The notes under the pieces are model-generated. The model worked only from the letters and a program-made list of their open reading frames with translations, ran no database searches and had not been told where the DNA came from. From a virus (taxonomy: Duplodnaviria > Caudoviricetes): 29,263 nt of DNA. Position numbers and translations under genes: made by a program. Shown here one piece after another: positions 22,215 to 29,263 of the stretch. The stretch spans positions 1-29,263 of the IMG/VR virus record IMGVR_UViG_3300033076_000906, one strand, 5' to 3'. Each line of letters starts with the position of its first letter. Position 1 is the first letter of the stretch.

Positions 22215-24971
22215 TCATCGTCCGATCAGTTGCCGCACCTGGCCAGGGTTGCGGCTGATGGTGTTCAGGATCACCCGCTCACCTGCGGCCGATTGTAGGT
22301 AGCCCTCGACCAGCGTCGGGTCCACCACGTTCACGATCCGGTACCCGGCGCCGCCGCCCTGCTGCTGCCCGGCCTGCACCTCGGCGCGCGACTGCACCCG
22401 CTCGCCCTCCTGCAGGATCGCCGGGATCTCGCCAGGCTTCAGACCCAGCACGCCGCTGCCGTCGTGGAAGCGCGGCGCCCCGGCGAACAGCAGCGGGGAG
22501 ACATCGCGCCGCGTGCCCTGGCCGACCCTGCCGCCGGAGTGCTTCACGTTCGCCGCCACGTTGCCGGTGGCAGCCACCAGCTTGCCCGCGCCCGGGAAGA
22601 TCGCCTCCAGCAGCTGCAGCACCAGGTAGGTGGCCAGCGCACGGGCCGCGATCTGCGCCATGCTGGCGGCGAAGCTGCGCACGAAGTCCTTGATGGCGTC
22701 GCCGGCCGACTTGCTGCCGCTGGCAAGGTCGGTGAACAGGTTCGTCAGCGCGTCCACACCGGCGCCGGTGGCCGTCTTGGCGAAGTCCCGCTCCAGGTTC
22801 GCCAGCGCCGCGCGCAGCTGGATCACCGCCGCGTCGATCCCGGTGGCACCGTCGATCGCCATCCGCCGCAGTGCGTCGGCCGCGGCCTGGGCGCCGGCCA
22901 CGATCTGCGGGTCATTGGTGCGCAGGGCCAGTTCCTGCAGCTTGGCGTTCAACACCTCCAGCTGGGCGATCGCCTCCGTGCGCGCCGCGGCCTGCTGCTG
23001 GTTCGCCGTGTCAGGCGCCAGCCCGCCGGCTTGCTGCTGGTCCGCAATGGCCGCTTGGCGCCGCTGCAGATCCTCGGTGATGCGGTCGAACTCGCGCTTC
23101 AGGTCGGCGAACTGCGCCCGGGCCACGCCGGTGTCGATCAGGCCGCGGATGATCTTCACCCCGGCCTCGTTGCCCTCGGCCTCCATCCGCTTCACCAGCT
23201 CGGCGAACTGCGCCTCCATGCGCAGGCGCACGGCCGTGGCGGTATCGCCCGCGTTCTCGAGCTCCTGGATCCGCAGCTGGCCGATCTCGCGCTCCAGCTT
23301 CGTCGCATCCTCGGCCTGGTCGCGCAGGGCCTTGCGCTGCGCGTCACCCTTGGCCCGCTCGAGCAGCTGAATCTCGGCCAGGGCCTTCACCCTGTCCGCG
23401 CCGCCGGCCTTGGCCTTCTCGCGCTCCACCGCGATCTGCCGATCCAGCGCCTCGATCTCCAGGCGCTGCCGCTCGGCGTAGTAGTTCGCCGCCGAGATCG
23501 TGGCGTCCTGGTACAGCGTTTCGAGGATCGACAGCTGCCGCTTCGCCGAGTCGGCCAGCAGCTTCTCCTCGGCGTCCAGCTGGGCCTTCCGCAGCGCCTC
23601 GGCTTTCGCCGCCGCGCCCTTGTCAGGCTCCGGGGGCCTGAACTTGCCCGTGCTGGTGGCCCCGGTGGCCTGCCGCCCGCGCTGCAGTGCGGAGGTGGCC
23701 GCCTGCCGGGCGTCCTTGGCCTGTGCCAGCGCCTTCTCGCGGTCGCCCAGCGCATCGTCGATTGACGCCTTCACGGCACCCAGCGCGGCCTGCACCCGGG
23801 CGTTTCGCCGCGCGATCGCCGCCTCCACCGTGTCGTCCGTAAAGATGGCCGCGAAGGCCTCCTTCATCAGCTTGGCGTCGGCGATGAACGAATCCACCAT
23901 GCCCGCGAAGGTCACGGTCACGATCCTGACGATCGTGCGCAGGTTCACCGGCAGCTCGCGGAAAGCCCGCAGCAGCAGCGCCACCAGATCCTCGCCGCTG
24001 CCCGCAATGTCCTGGGTGGCCTGGCGGATGAACGCCACCGCATCGCCCACGTCCTTGACGATCAGCGCAAAAGCGTTGCCCCAGGTGGCCGCGAACTCCA
24101 CCACCGCGCCCACCACGGCATCGGAGGACAGCAGTTCGGCCAGCGCGGTGATCGCCTCGGCCAGCCCGCCGGTGGCGCCCGCCGTCTGGTCGAACACCCC
24201 CACGATCCGCTGCACCGCGTTCGACAGCAGCGTGGTGGCCTGGCCCACAGTGGTTGGCAGGGTGGCGAACTGGCGGTCGATCTCCGCCTTCTGAGACTGC
24301 AGGGCCTTGATCACCTGCTCGGCAGTGATCTTCCCTTCCTCGCCGTACTTCCGCAGCTCGCCGCGGGTGATGCCCATGCCCTTGGCGATCGCATCCGCCA
24401 GGGCCGGCGTCTGCTCCATGACGCTGTTCAGCTCCTCGCCGCGGAGCGTGCCGGATGCCAGGCCCTGGCCAAGCTGCATGAGCGCCGCCTCGGACGCCTG
24501 GCCCGCGGCCCCACTGATCACGCCGAGCTTCTGGATCGACTCGGTGACCTGGAGGACTACCTCCTGGCCAACCTTGGCATCCTTCGTCGCGTTGGCGATC
24601 TTGGTGAACAGGTCCACCGTGCCGGCCAGGCCGCTGCGCGATCGCTGCGCGATCTCGAACAACTCCACCTGGGCGCGGTTGAACGCCTCGGCGCCGTCCG
24701 TCACCAGCCGCAGCCGCGCATTCAGGCTTGCCAGGTCGTCCGCCGTGCGGATGGCGGTCAGGATCGTCTGGATCCCCAGCAGGCCGACCGCGAGGGCCTT
24801 CACCTGCCCCATGGCAGCACCAGCGCCGGTTTCCAGGCCGGCGAGTGGCCGGCCGCTGCCGGCCCGCTGCGCCACCTGGCCCAGCCCGGCCAGATCCCCC
24901 CGCAGCTGCTTCAGCGCGCGATTGATCTCGGTGAGCTCGGCACCGATTCGGATCTCAAGATCAGCCGCCAC
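22215..24971 (-). CDS. Tape measure protein
   Basis: QLGQGLASGTLRGEELNSVMEQTP tape-measure motif, long Ala-rich helices, C-terminal APRFHDG..EIPAILQEGE. Confidence 0.95.
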   Translation of the reverse strand: MAADLEIRIGAELTEINRALKQLRGDLAGLGQVAQRAGSGRPLAGLETGAGAAMGQVKALAVGLLGIQTILTAIRTADDLASLNARLRLVTDGAEAFNRAQVELFEIAQRSRSGLAGTVDLFTKIANATKDAKVGQEVVLQVTESIQKLGVISGAAGQASEAALMQLGQGLASGTLRGEELNSVMEQTPALADAIAKGMGITRGELRKYGEEGKITAEQVIKALQSQKAEIDRQFATLPTTVGQATTLLSNAVQRIVGVFDQTAGATGGLAEAITALAELLSSDAVVGAVVEFAATWGNAFALIVKDVGDAVAFIRQATQDIAGSGEDLVALLLRAFRELPVNLRTIVRIVTVTFAGMVDSFIADAKLMKEAFAAIFTDDTVEAAIARRNARVQAALGAVKASIDDALGDREKALAQAKDARQAATSALQRGRQATGATSTGKFRPPEPDKGAAAKAEALRKAQLDAEEKLLADSAKRQLSILETLYQDATISAANYYAERQRLEIEALDRQIAVEREKAKAGGADRVKALAEIQLLERAKGDAQRKALRDQAEDATKLEREIGQLRIQELENAGDTATAVRLRMEAQFAELVKRMEAEGNEAGVKIIRGLIDTGVARAQFADLKREFDRITEDLQRRQAAIADQQQAGGLAPDTANQQQAAARTEAIAQLEVLNAKLQELALRTNDPQIVAGAQAAADALRRMAIDGATGIDAAVIQLRAALANLERDFAKTATGAGVDALTNLFTDLASGSKSAGDAIKDFVRSFAASMAQIAARALATYLVLQLLEAIFPGAGKLVAATGNVAANVKHSGGRVGQGTRRDVSPLLFAGAPRFHDGSGVLGLKPGEIPAILQEGERVQSRAEVQAGQQQGGGAGYRIVNVVDPTLVEGYLQSAAGERVILNTISRNPGQVRQLIGR

Positions 24972-25239
24972 TGCGCAGTCCTTTCAGGTAGCCCTTCCAC
25001 GCCTTGCCATCGGCCTGGGCCATGCGCGCGGCGATCGCGTCACCCAGGCGGCGCTGCCTCTCCTGCCGCTCGATCGCGCCCAGGAAGGCGTGCACCTGGG
25101 CGATGGTGTAGCCCTGGACCTCGGCGAACGAGTGCCCGGCGCCGATCAGGGCCTGACAGGCGTCTGCCCATCCCCACCCACCAGCGCCAGAAGGCTGACG
25201 GCCGCCCGCATCGCCGGCGGCAGGCGGCCCAGCAAAAAA
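24961..25239 (-). CDS. Tail assembly chaperone GT extension (-1 frame)
   Basis: The -1 frame is open from T-TTT-TTG (25239-25233) to TGA at 24961, encoding ..WADACQALIGAGHSFAEVQGYTIAQVHAFL.. Confidence 0.75.
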   Translation of the reverse strand, partial: FFAGPPAAGDAGGRQPSGAGGWGWADACQALIGAGHSFAEVQGYTIAQVHAFLGAIERQERQRRLGDAIAARMAQADGKAWKGYLKGLRSGG

Positions 25240-25577
25240 TCCCGGTTCACCGACAGCACCACGGGCACTAGGTGCAGCAGATCCGCCGCGTCGCCCTTGT
25301 CCAGCTCGGCCCGGGGGATGCCGGTGGCGATGGCCACAGCCTGCAGCAGCTCCTCGCCGTGGTCGGCCATCAAGTCCACCACGCCGCCAACGTCCAGCGG
25401 GCGGTCGCCGGTGAACATGTCGCCCAGCGCGCCCGTGAGAGGGCGGATCGCCCGCGCGAAGGCTGGCAGCTGGCCCAGCTTGAGCGGGCCCACCTGGTAG
25501 GCCTGGCCCTTGAACTGCACCGGCCGCGGGGCCGGCGCGAGAACGTCCAGGCCGTCGTCGGCGGTGCTGGCCGTCAC
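25146..25577 (-). CDS. Tail assembly chaperone (gpG-like)
   Basis: Between tube and TMP genes; LKLGQLPAFARAI..VNRDF; GTGA-coupled. Confidence 0.85.
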   Translation of the reverse strand: MTASTADDGLDVLAPAPRPVQFKGQAYQVGPLKLGQLPAFARAIRPLTGALGDMFTGDRPLDVGGVVDLMADHGEELLQAVAIATGIPRAELDKGDAADLLHLVPVVLSVNRDFLLGRLPPAMRAAVSLLALVGGDGQTPVRP

Positions 25578-26494
25578 GCTTCGATCTCGGCCTTGAAGTA
25601 CTGCGAGACGCCGGCGCCGGTCTTGGTGGTGTCCTTCAGCAACTTGCCGGTCTGTTCGAGCGCGGCGTACTCCTCGCCGATCAGCGCCAGGCTGGCCAGC
25701 ACGCCGGCCTTCACGCGCCAGGCACGCACGCGGGTGCGCTTGCCGCTGCGGGCTTCGTTCAGGCCTTCGAACAGAACCTCGTATTCCTTGCCGCTGGCCA
25801 CCAGCGCCTGCACCACCGAGTGCGCCGCCTTGGTGTAGCCGGCCACCCACACCTCGCCGTCGATCGTCGCCGCGGCGTTCGGCGTGAAGCCGGCCGTGCC
25901 GAGATCGTAGTCGGTGCCGGCCACCAGTGCGGTCTTCCCCGCGCACGTCCACGTCACGGTGCCATCCACAACGGTGGCGCCCACGGTGGTGGGGTAGGTG
26001 GGGAGGCTGCCGCCGCTGGTGCCGGCGGCCGTGGCCTTGTAGTAGAAGCCGTTCGGCGTGGCCGGCCGCACGTAGGCGCCCAGGGCGTAGGCCGTGGTGT
26101 TCGCGCGCGAGGCGGCCGCGGCCTGCGCCGGCACGATGGTGGGCGCCACGGTGGCGTCGTGCATCGACTCGAAGGGGCTGTACAGGCCGGGGTAGACCGT
26201 CACGTTCTCGTTCGTCACCGCTGCGGCCTGCACCGCGGTGGCCGAGCCGTACAGGCCGCGCGCCAGGTTCTCGGGGCTGACATCGTGGGCGGTGAAGGCC
26301 ATCTCCACAGCACTGACCCGGCGCACTTCGTTGTACGTGCCGCCACCAGGCTGGGTGAAGTCCTTTAGTTCCTTGGTGTCCTCGGTCACGTTGAACGACA
26401 GCGCCGAGACGTTGCCGACGAACAGGAAGCCGGCAGCGGCGCCGACCTCGCGCAGGGAGAAACGGCCGCTGCCGATGTAGGAATAGTCAGCCAT
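25574..26494 (-). CDS. Major tail tube protein
   Basis: YSYIGSG..FVGNVSAL..FEGLNEA..LALIGEEYAALE; SD GGAGA; synteny. Confidence 0.88.
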   Translation of the reverse strand: MADYSYIGSGRFSLREVGAAAGFLFVGNVSALSFNVTEDTKELKDFTQPGGGTYNEVRRVSAVEMAFTAHDVSPENLARGLYGSATAVQAAAVTNENVTVYPGLYSPFESMHDATVAPTIVPAQAAAASRANTTAYALGAYVRPATPNGFYYKATAAGTSGGSLPTYPTTVGATVVDGTVTWTCAGKTALVAGTDYDLGTAGFTPNAAATIDGEVWVAGYTKAAHSVVQALVASGKEYEVLFEGLNEARSGKRTRVRAWRVKAGVLASLALIGEEYAALEQTGKLLKDTTKTGAGVSQYFKAEIEA

Positions 26495-26509
26495 GATGAT
26501 CTCCAGGTG

Positions 26510-26938
26510 TCAGGGTGCGGCCTTGAAAGTGGCCGACGATTGGAATGCCAGCGGCACGTGACAGTAACCGCCATCGTATTCAGGCCCCGGCGCTGGGGCG
26601 AGTCGCAAAAATTTCCCCCCGCCGAGGTGGAAACCCAGCAGTGCGCCCAGCACCTGCTCGCACAGCGCCGCGGCCTCGTCGCGCGCCGCGGCCTCGTCAC
26701 CGGCCCCGCGCGCTGACTTCGCCGTGATCACCACGAACCAGTCCTGGGTGATCTGCTGGGGCGAGCCGTTCCCGATCACCGCCGCCGGGGTGTACCCGTC
26801 ATACACCACCCAGGCCGCCGGGGCCCGCTGGCGCAGCTGCGGCACGCGTTCGAGATCACGCACCGCGCCCACGTGCACGCCGGCGCCCAGCACCTGCTGA
26901 AGCCTGGCGATGATCTGCGCCTCCTGCGTGGCCCACAT
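26510..26938 (-). CDS. Tail terminator / Mu Gp37-like protein
   Basis: EAQIIARL..PAAWVVYDG..QDWFVVI..VLGALLG; synteny. Confidence 0.75.
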   Translation of the reverse strand: MWATQEAQIIARLQQVLGAGVHVGAVRDLERVPQLRQRAPAAWVVYDGYTPAAVIGNGSPQQITQDWFVVITAKSARGAGDEAAARDEAAALCEQVLGALLGFHLGGGKFLRLAPAPGPEYDGGYCHVPLAFQSSATFKAAP

Positions 26939-26940
26939 GG

Positions 26941-27453
26941 TCAGCCCACCCGCTGGAAGTAGGTGCGCAGCGCGCGGGTGACTTCGATCGCCCACGGCAC
27001 CGGCAGCGCCACCTGGTCGGATCCGGGCCGCACGGGAAGGAAAGACCGCGCGGGGATGACGCTGCGCCGCGCAAAAATCAGCCGGCCGCCGGGCCCGGGG
27101 AAAACCAGCCGGCCGCCTGGCCGCTTCGGCTCGATCACCGCGCCGAACTGGTGGGTGCGCGCATAGGCCACGTTCGTGCCCACCGTCACGCCGGTGGCGT
27201 CGGGCCTGGCCACGAAGCTGCGATTCAGCCGGCCGGTGTCGCGCAGCGGCTGCCCGCGGCGCAGCTTCAGGGCCGCCCAGGGCGATCCCCACGGGTCAAC
27301 GCCCATCATGAAGCACAGCTTCACCCGCGCCAGCAGCACCCGGCCGATGGTGGCGAAGACCGGCGTCATGTTGGCCGCCGCCCGCTCGGTGGCACGAATG
27401 CGCGCCTCCACCCGGCTGTCGTCGATCTTGAAGGTGATCAGGCCGCCGCTCAT
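26941..27453 (-). CDS. Virion morphogenesis protein (Mu gpG-like)
   Basis: PWAALK..PLRDTGRL..VGTNVAYARTHQFG..IPARSFL. Confidence 0.88.
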   Translation of the reverse strand: MSGGLITFKIDDSRVEARIRATERAAANMTPVFATIGRVLLARVKLCFMMGVDPWGSPWAALKLRRGQPLRDTGRLNRSFVARPDATGVTVGTNVAYARTHQFGAVIEPKRPGGRLVFPGPGGRLIFARRSVIPARSFLPVRPGSDQVALPVPWAIEVTRALRTYFQRVG

Positions 27454-27881
27454 CAATACCCCGCCAGGCTGTCCATGGTGAAGACCCGCGCGGCCGAGAA
27501 CCCATCCAGTGCGCCCTGCGGCTGCTGCGGCAGGCCGCCGGCGCCGGGCGGTAGGGCCACGCGCCCCGCGGCCAGGTCGCGCAGTTGCGCCAGCGCGTCC
27601 TCGTAGCGGCGCCGCACCTCCTCGGGCGCGCGCTCGTCCCACAGCCGGTGCCGGGCGATGTCTGCAGCCCAGCCCACCACCAGCGCGGGCACCTCGGCGA
27701 GCGGCAGGCTGTACCGGCTGGCCAGGTACCCGTCGATCAGCGTGCTGGCGTCATCGCACGCGCGCGCCAGCGCCTCGGACTCGGCCGGCTGCTCGGTGCC
27801 GCTGCGGTCATCGTCCAGAAGCTGCGCGATCTCGTCAGGCCCGAAGCGCTGCTCCAGGCCGGTGCGGTCGATGTATGGCAT
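27453..27881 (-). CDS. Head-tail adaptor (DUF1320 / Mu gp36-like)
   Basis: MPY..LEQRFG..DASTLIDGYLASRYSLPL..DIARHRL..RYEDAL..L. Confidence 0.9.
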   Translation of the reverse strand: MPYIDRTGLEQRFGPDEIAQLLDDDRSGTEQPAESEALARACDDASTLIDGYLASRYSLPLAEVPALVVGWAADIARHRLWDERAPEEVRRRYEDALAQLRDLAAGRVALPPGAGGLPQQPQGALDGFSAARVFTMDSLAGY

Positions 27882-27907
27882 GTTGGTCACCACCGGCAGG
27901 GGATGGC

Positions 27908-29035
27908 TTAAAACCATCTGTTGTATACCGCATTCCCGATAAAAACGCGCGGGCCAAAAACGTACACTTCGCCGTTTGAATTCCAGTTTTTGCCAGCATC
28001 CAACAATTGCAGTTGCCCGCCAGCAGCCGGAAGCACAAAATTGCCGCACGTATTGCCAGGCGACGAAGAATCCGACTGGTTCAGATAATAAATCTCTGTC
28101 TCGGGGTCAACCGCCCCCAAATATCCCAGCTCAAAAAATCTGTCGGTTACTGCCGCCGCCGCTGGAACTGCCATCATGTACGGATGATTTAGCGTCGCGC
28201 TTTTTGGCACTAGCTCATCTCGGTCAAACACGGCCACTGCAAACCCAGATCTGTCCGACGCCATCCACACGTATTTCTGACTGAAGCTCAGTTGCACGGA
28301 TTGCCAGAGATTTTGCCCAACGACGCTAGGAATGATATTTTCCCAGCTTCCAGGCGCTCCATGCTGTTTAGACCTGAGAACGCAATACGGTGACAGCCCA
28401 TCGCCCAATGTCATATAGATGTGCCCCGGGCGGTACGGGTCTTCGGCCACGCAATGCACATGCTTTACTGCGGCATCGCGCCCCCAAACAGTTTCCCAGG
28501 TTACCCCGTCAGCCGACCGCCTCAACCTCGGACCGCCGAGGCCGGCAATTACAGTCCCTGTCGATTCGTACTCTCCGAAAAACAAGTACTGGCTTCCGGC
28601 ATTGAAGCAGGTGCTTTTGCCCTCAATCCCGGATGCGGTCTGCTCAAGTACTCCGGACCATGAGTAATCCCCAGACGACGCGGCATTGTTCGCCGTGCGG
28701 TAGATTCCGACGACGCCGCCCGCTGTTGCGGTCATGCAGTACAGCATGCCGCCAAACACAACGAATTTTTGCACCGCGGTTTGAGCAGTTCCGGCCGGCC
28801 CCGCGCCTCGATTTGTCCACGTTGCGCCGTAGTCCTCTGACTGTGCGTAGGGTCCAAATGACCTGTTTGATCCAAAAACGCGCCCGGACGTACCTCTGTC
28901 AACCCCCATGACAGAAATGACAGCAGGCGTCGTGATCTTTCTCGACGCCAGGAACGGCTGAACCGCCGAAACAAGCAGCCCATCCCCTGACACCGAGGAT
29001 TGCCCAACCGCCGGGCCATTGAGTTGCACCGGCAT
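27908..29035 (-). CDS. Asp-box/BNR beta-propeller protein (sialidase-like fold), low GC
   Basis: SEDYGATW, SADGVTW, SKQHGAPGSW repeats, FFGEY, HVHCVAEDPY; hand-counted sample lines 48-65% GC. Confidence 0.75.
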   Translation of the reverse strand: MPVQLNGPAVGQSSVSGDGLLVSAVQPFLASRKITTPAVISVMGVDRGTSGRVFGSNRSFGPYAQSEDYGATWTNRGAGPAGTAQTAVQKFVVFGGMLYCMTATAGGVVGIYRTANNAASSGDYSWSGVLEQTASGIEGKSTCFNAGSQYLFFGEYESTGTVIAGLGGPRLRRSADGVTWETVWGRDAAVKHVHCVAEDPYRPGHIYMTLGDGLSPYCVLRSKQHGAPGSWENIIPSVVGQNLWQSVQLSFSQKYVWMASDRSGFAVAVFDRDELVPKSATLNHPYMMAVPAAAAVTDRFFELGYLGAVDPETEIYYLNQSDSSSPGNTCGNFVLPAAGGQLQLLDAGKNWNSNGEVYVFGPRVFIGNAVYNRWF

Positions 29036-29036
29036 G

Positions 29037-29261
29037 TCAGCTCCCCATGGTCACAGTGACGGCCGCGCCGGTGCCCGACACGGCCACGAGCACGGCGCGG
29101 TACTCCATGTACCGCACGAGCGAGCCGAAGCCCTCCGCGGCGCTGGTGGTGCCGCTCATGGTCAGCGTCGCAAGCGTGAGCCACACGCCGCTGGCCGTGT
29201 TGCGGGCCTCTATGCGCACGGTGGCCGAGACGGCGCCTGTGCCGGCAACGTGCGCGCTGAA
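29037..29261 (-). CDS. Partial small beta-rich virion/head-associated protein (5' end outside window)
   Basis: Open to the window edge: FSAHVAGTGAVSATVRIEA..W..YRAVLVAVSGTGAAVTVTMGS*. Confidence 0.65.
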   Translation of the reverse strand, partial: FSAHVAGTGAVSATVRIEARNTASGVWLTLATLTMSGTTSAAEGFGSLVRYMEYRAVLVAVSGTGAAVTVTMGS

Positions 29262-29263
29262 AC

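Noticed and set aside
17976-23765. Long plus-strand ORFs (558, 526, 433 aa and others)
   Set aside because: They are antisense shadows of tail genes caused by high-GC codon bias and have no recognisable motifs.
14211-29263. Gene transfer agent or tailocin
   Set aside because: GTA-like tail families are shared with siphoviruses; linked replication, recombination and terminase genes and the absence of host genes indicate a phage.
1-29263. tRNA, rRNA or structured ncRNA genes
   Set aside because: Intergenic gaps are very short and no cloverleaf or T-loop signature was noticed; covariance searches were not run.

Overview
About 29 kb of a high-GC (roughly 70%) tailed dsDNA phage with a siphovirus-type tail, probably infecting a Betaproteobacterium (inferred from its MHFG-like PEP-CTERM gene and GC content). 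Read from 29263 towards 1, it holds head-associated genes, a Mu-like neck, and a D3112-like non-contractile tail (tube, frameshifted chaperones, tape measure, tip). It then has a convergent early-left operon (ERF, PD-(D/E)XK exonuclease, SSB, Xis-like HTH, PEP-CTERM protein, zinc knuckle) and a lambdoid cI/cro switch. After that come a replication initiator with an internal origin, nin-like nucleases, a Mor-family activator, a lysis cassette, TerS and TerL. Portal and capsid genes lie outside the window. The main oddities are: (1) both lysogeny genes appear deleted, with cI cut just after its HTH and only an ~19-codon integrase-like C-terminal scar next to the last tail gene, suggesting a temperate phage turned obligately lytic (or an assembly artefact); (2) a phage-borne PEP-CTERM surface protein; (3) an endolysin fused in frame to a holin-like domain, with no recognisable spanin; (4) no tail fibre gene, but adhesin-like domains inserted in three tail proteins and a low-GC Asp-box propeller gene among the head/neck genes. 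All family calls come from motif recognition by eye; no searches were run.
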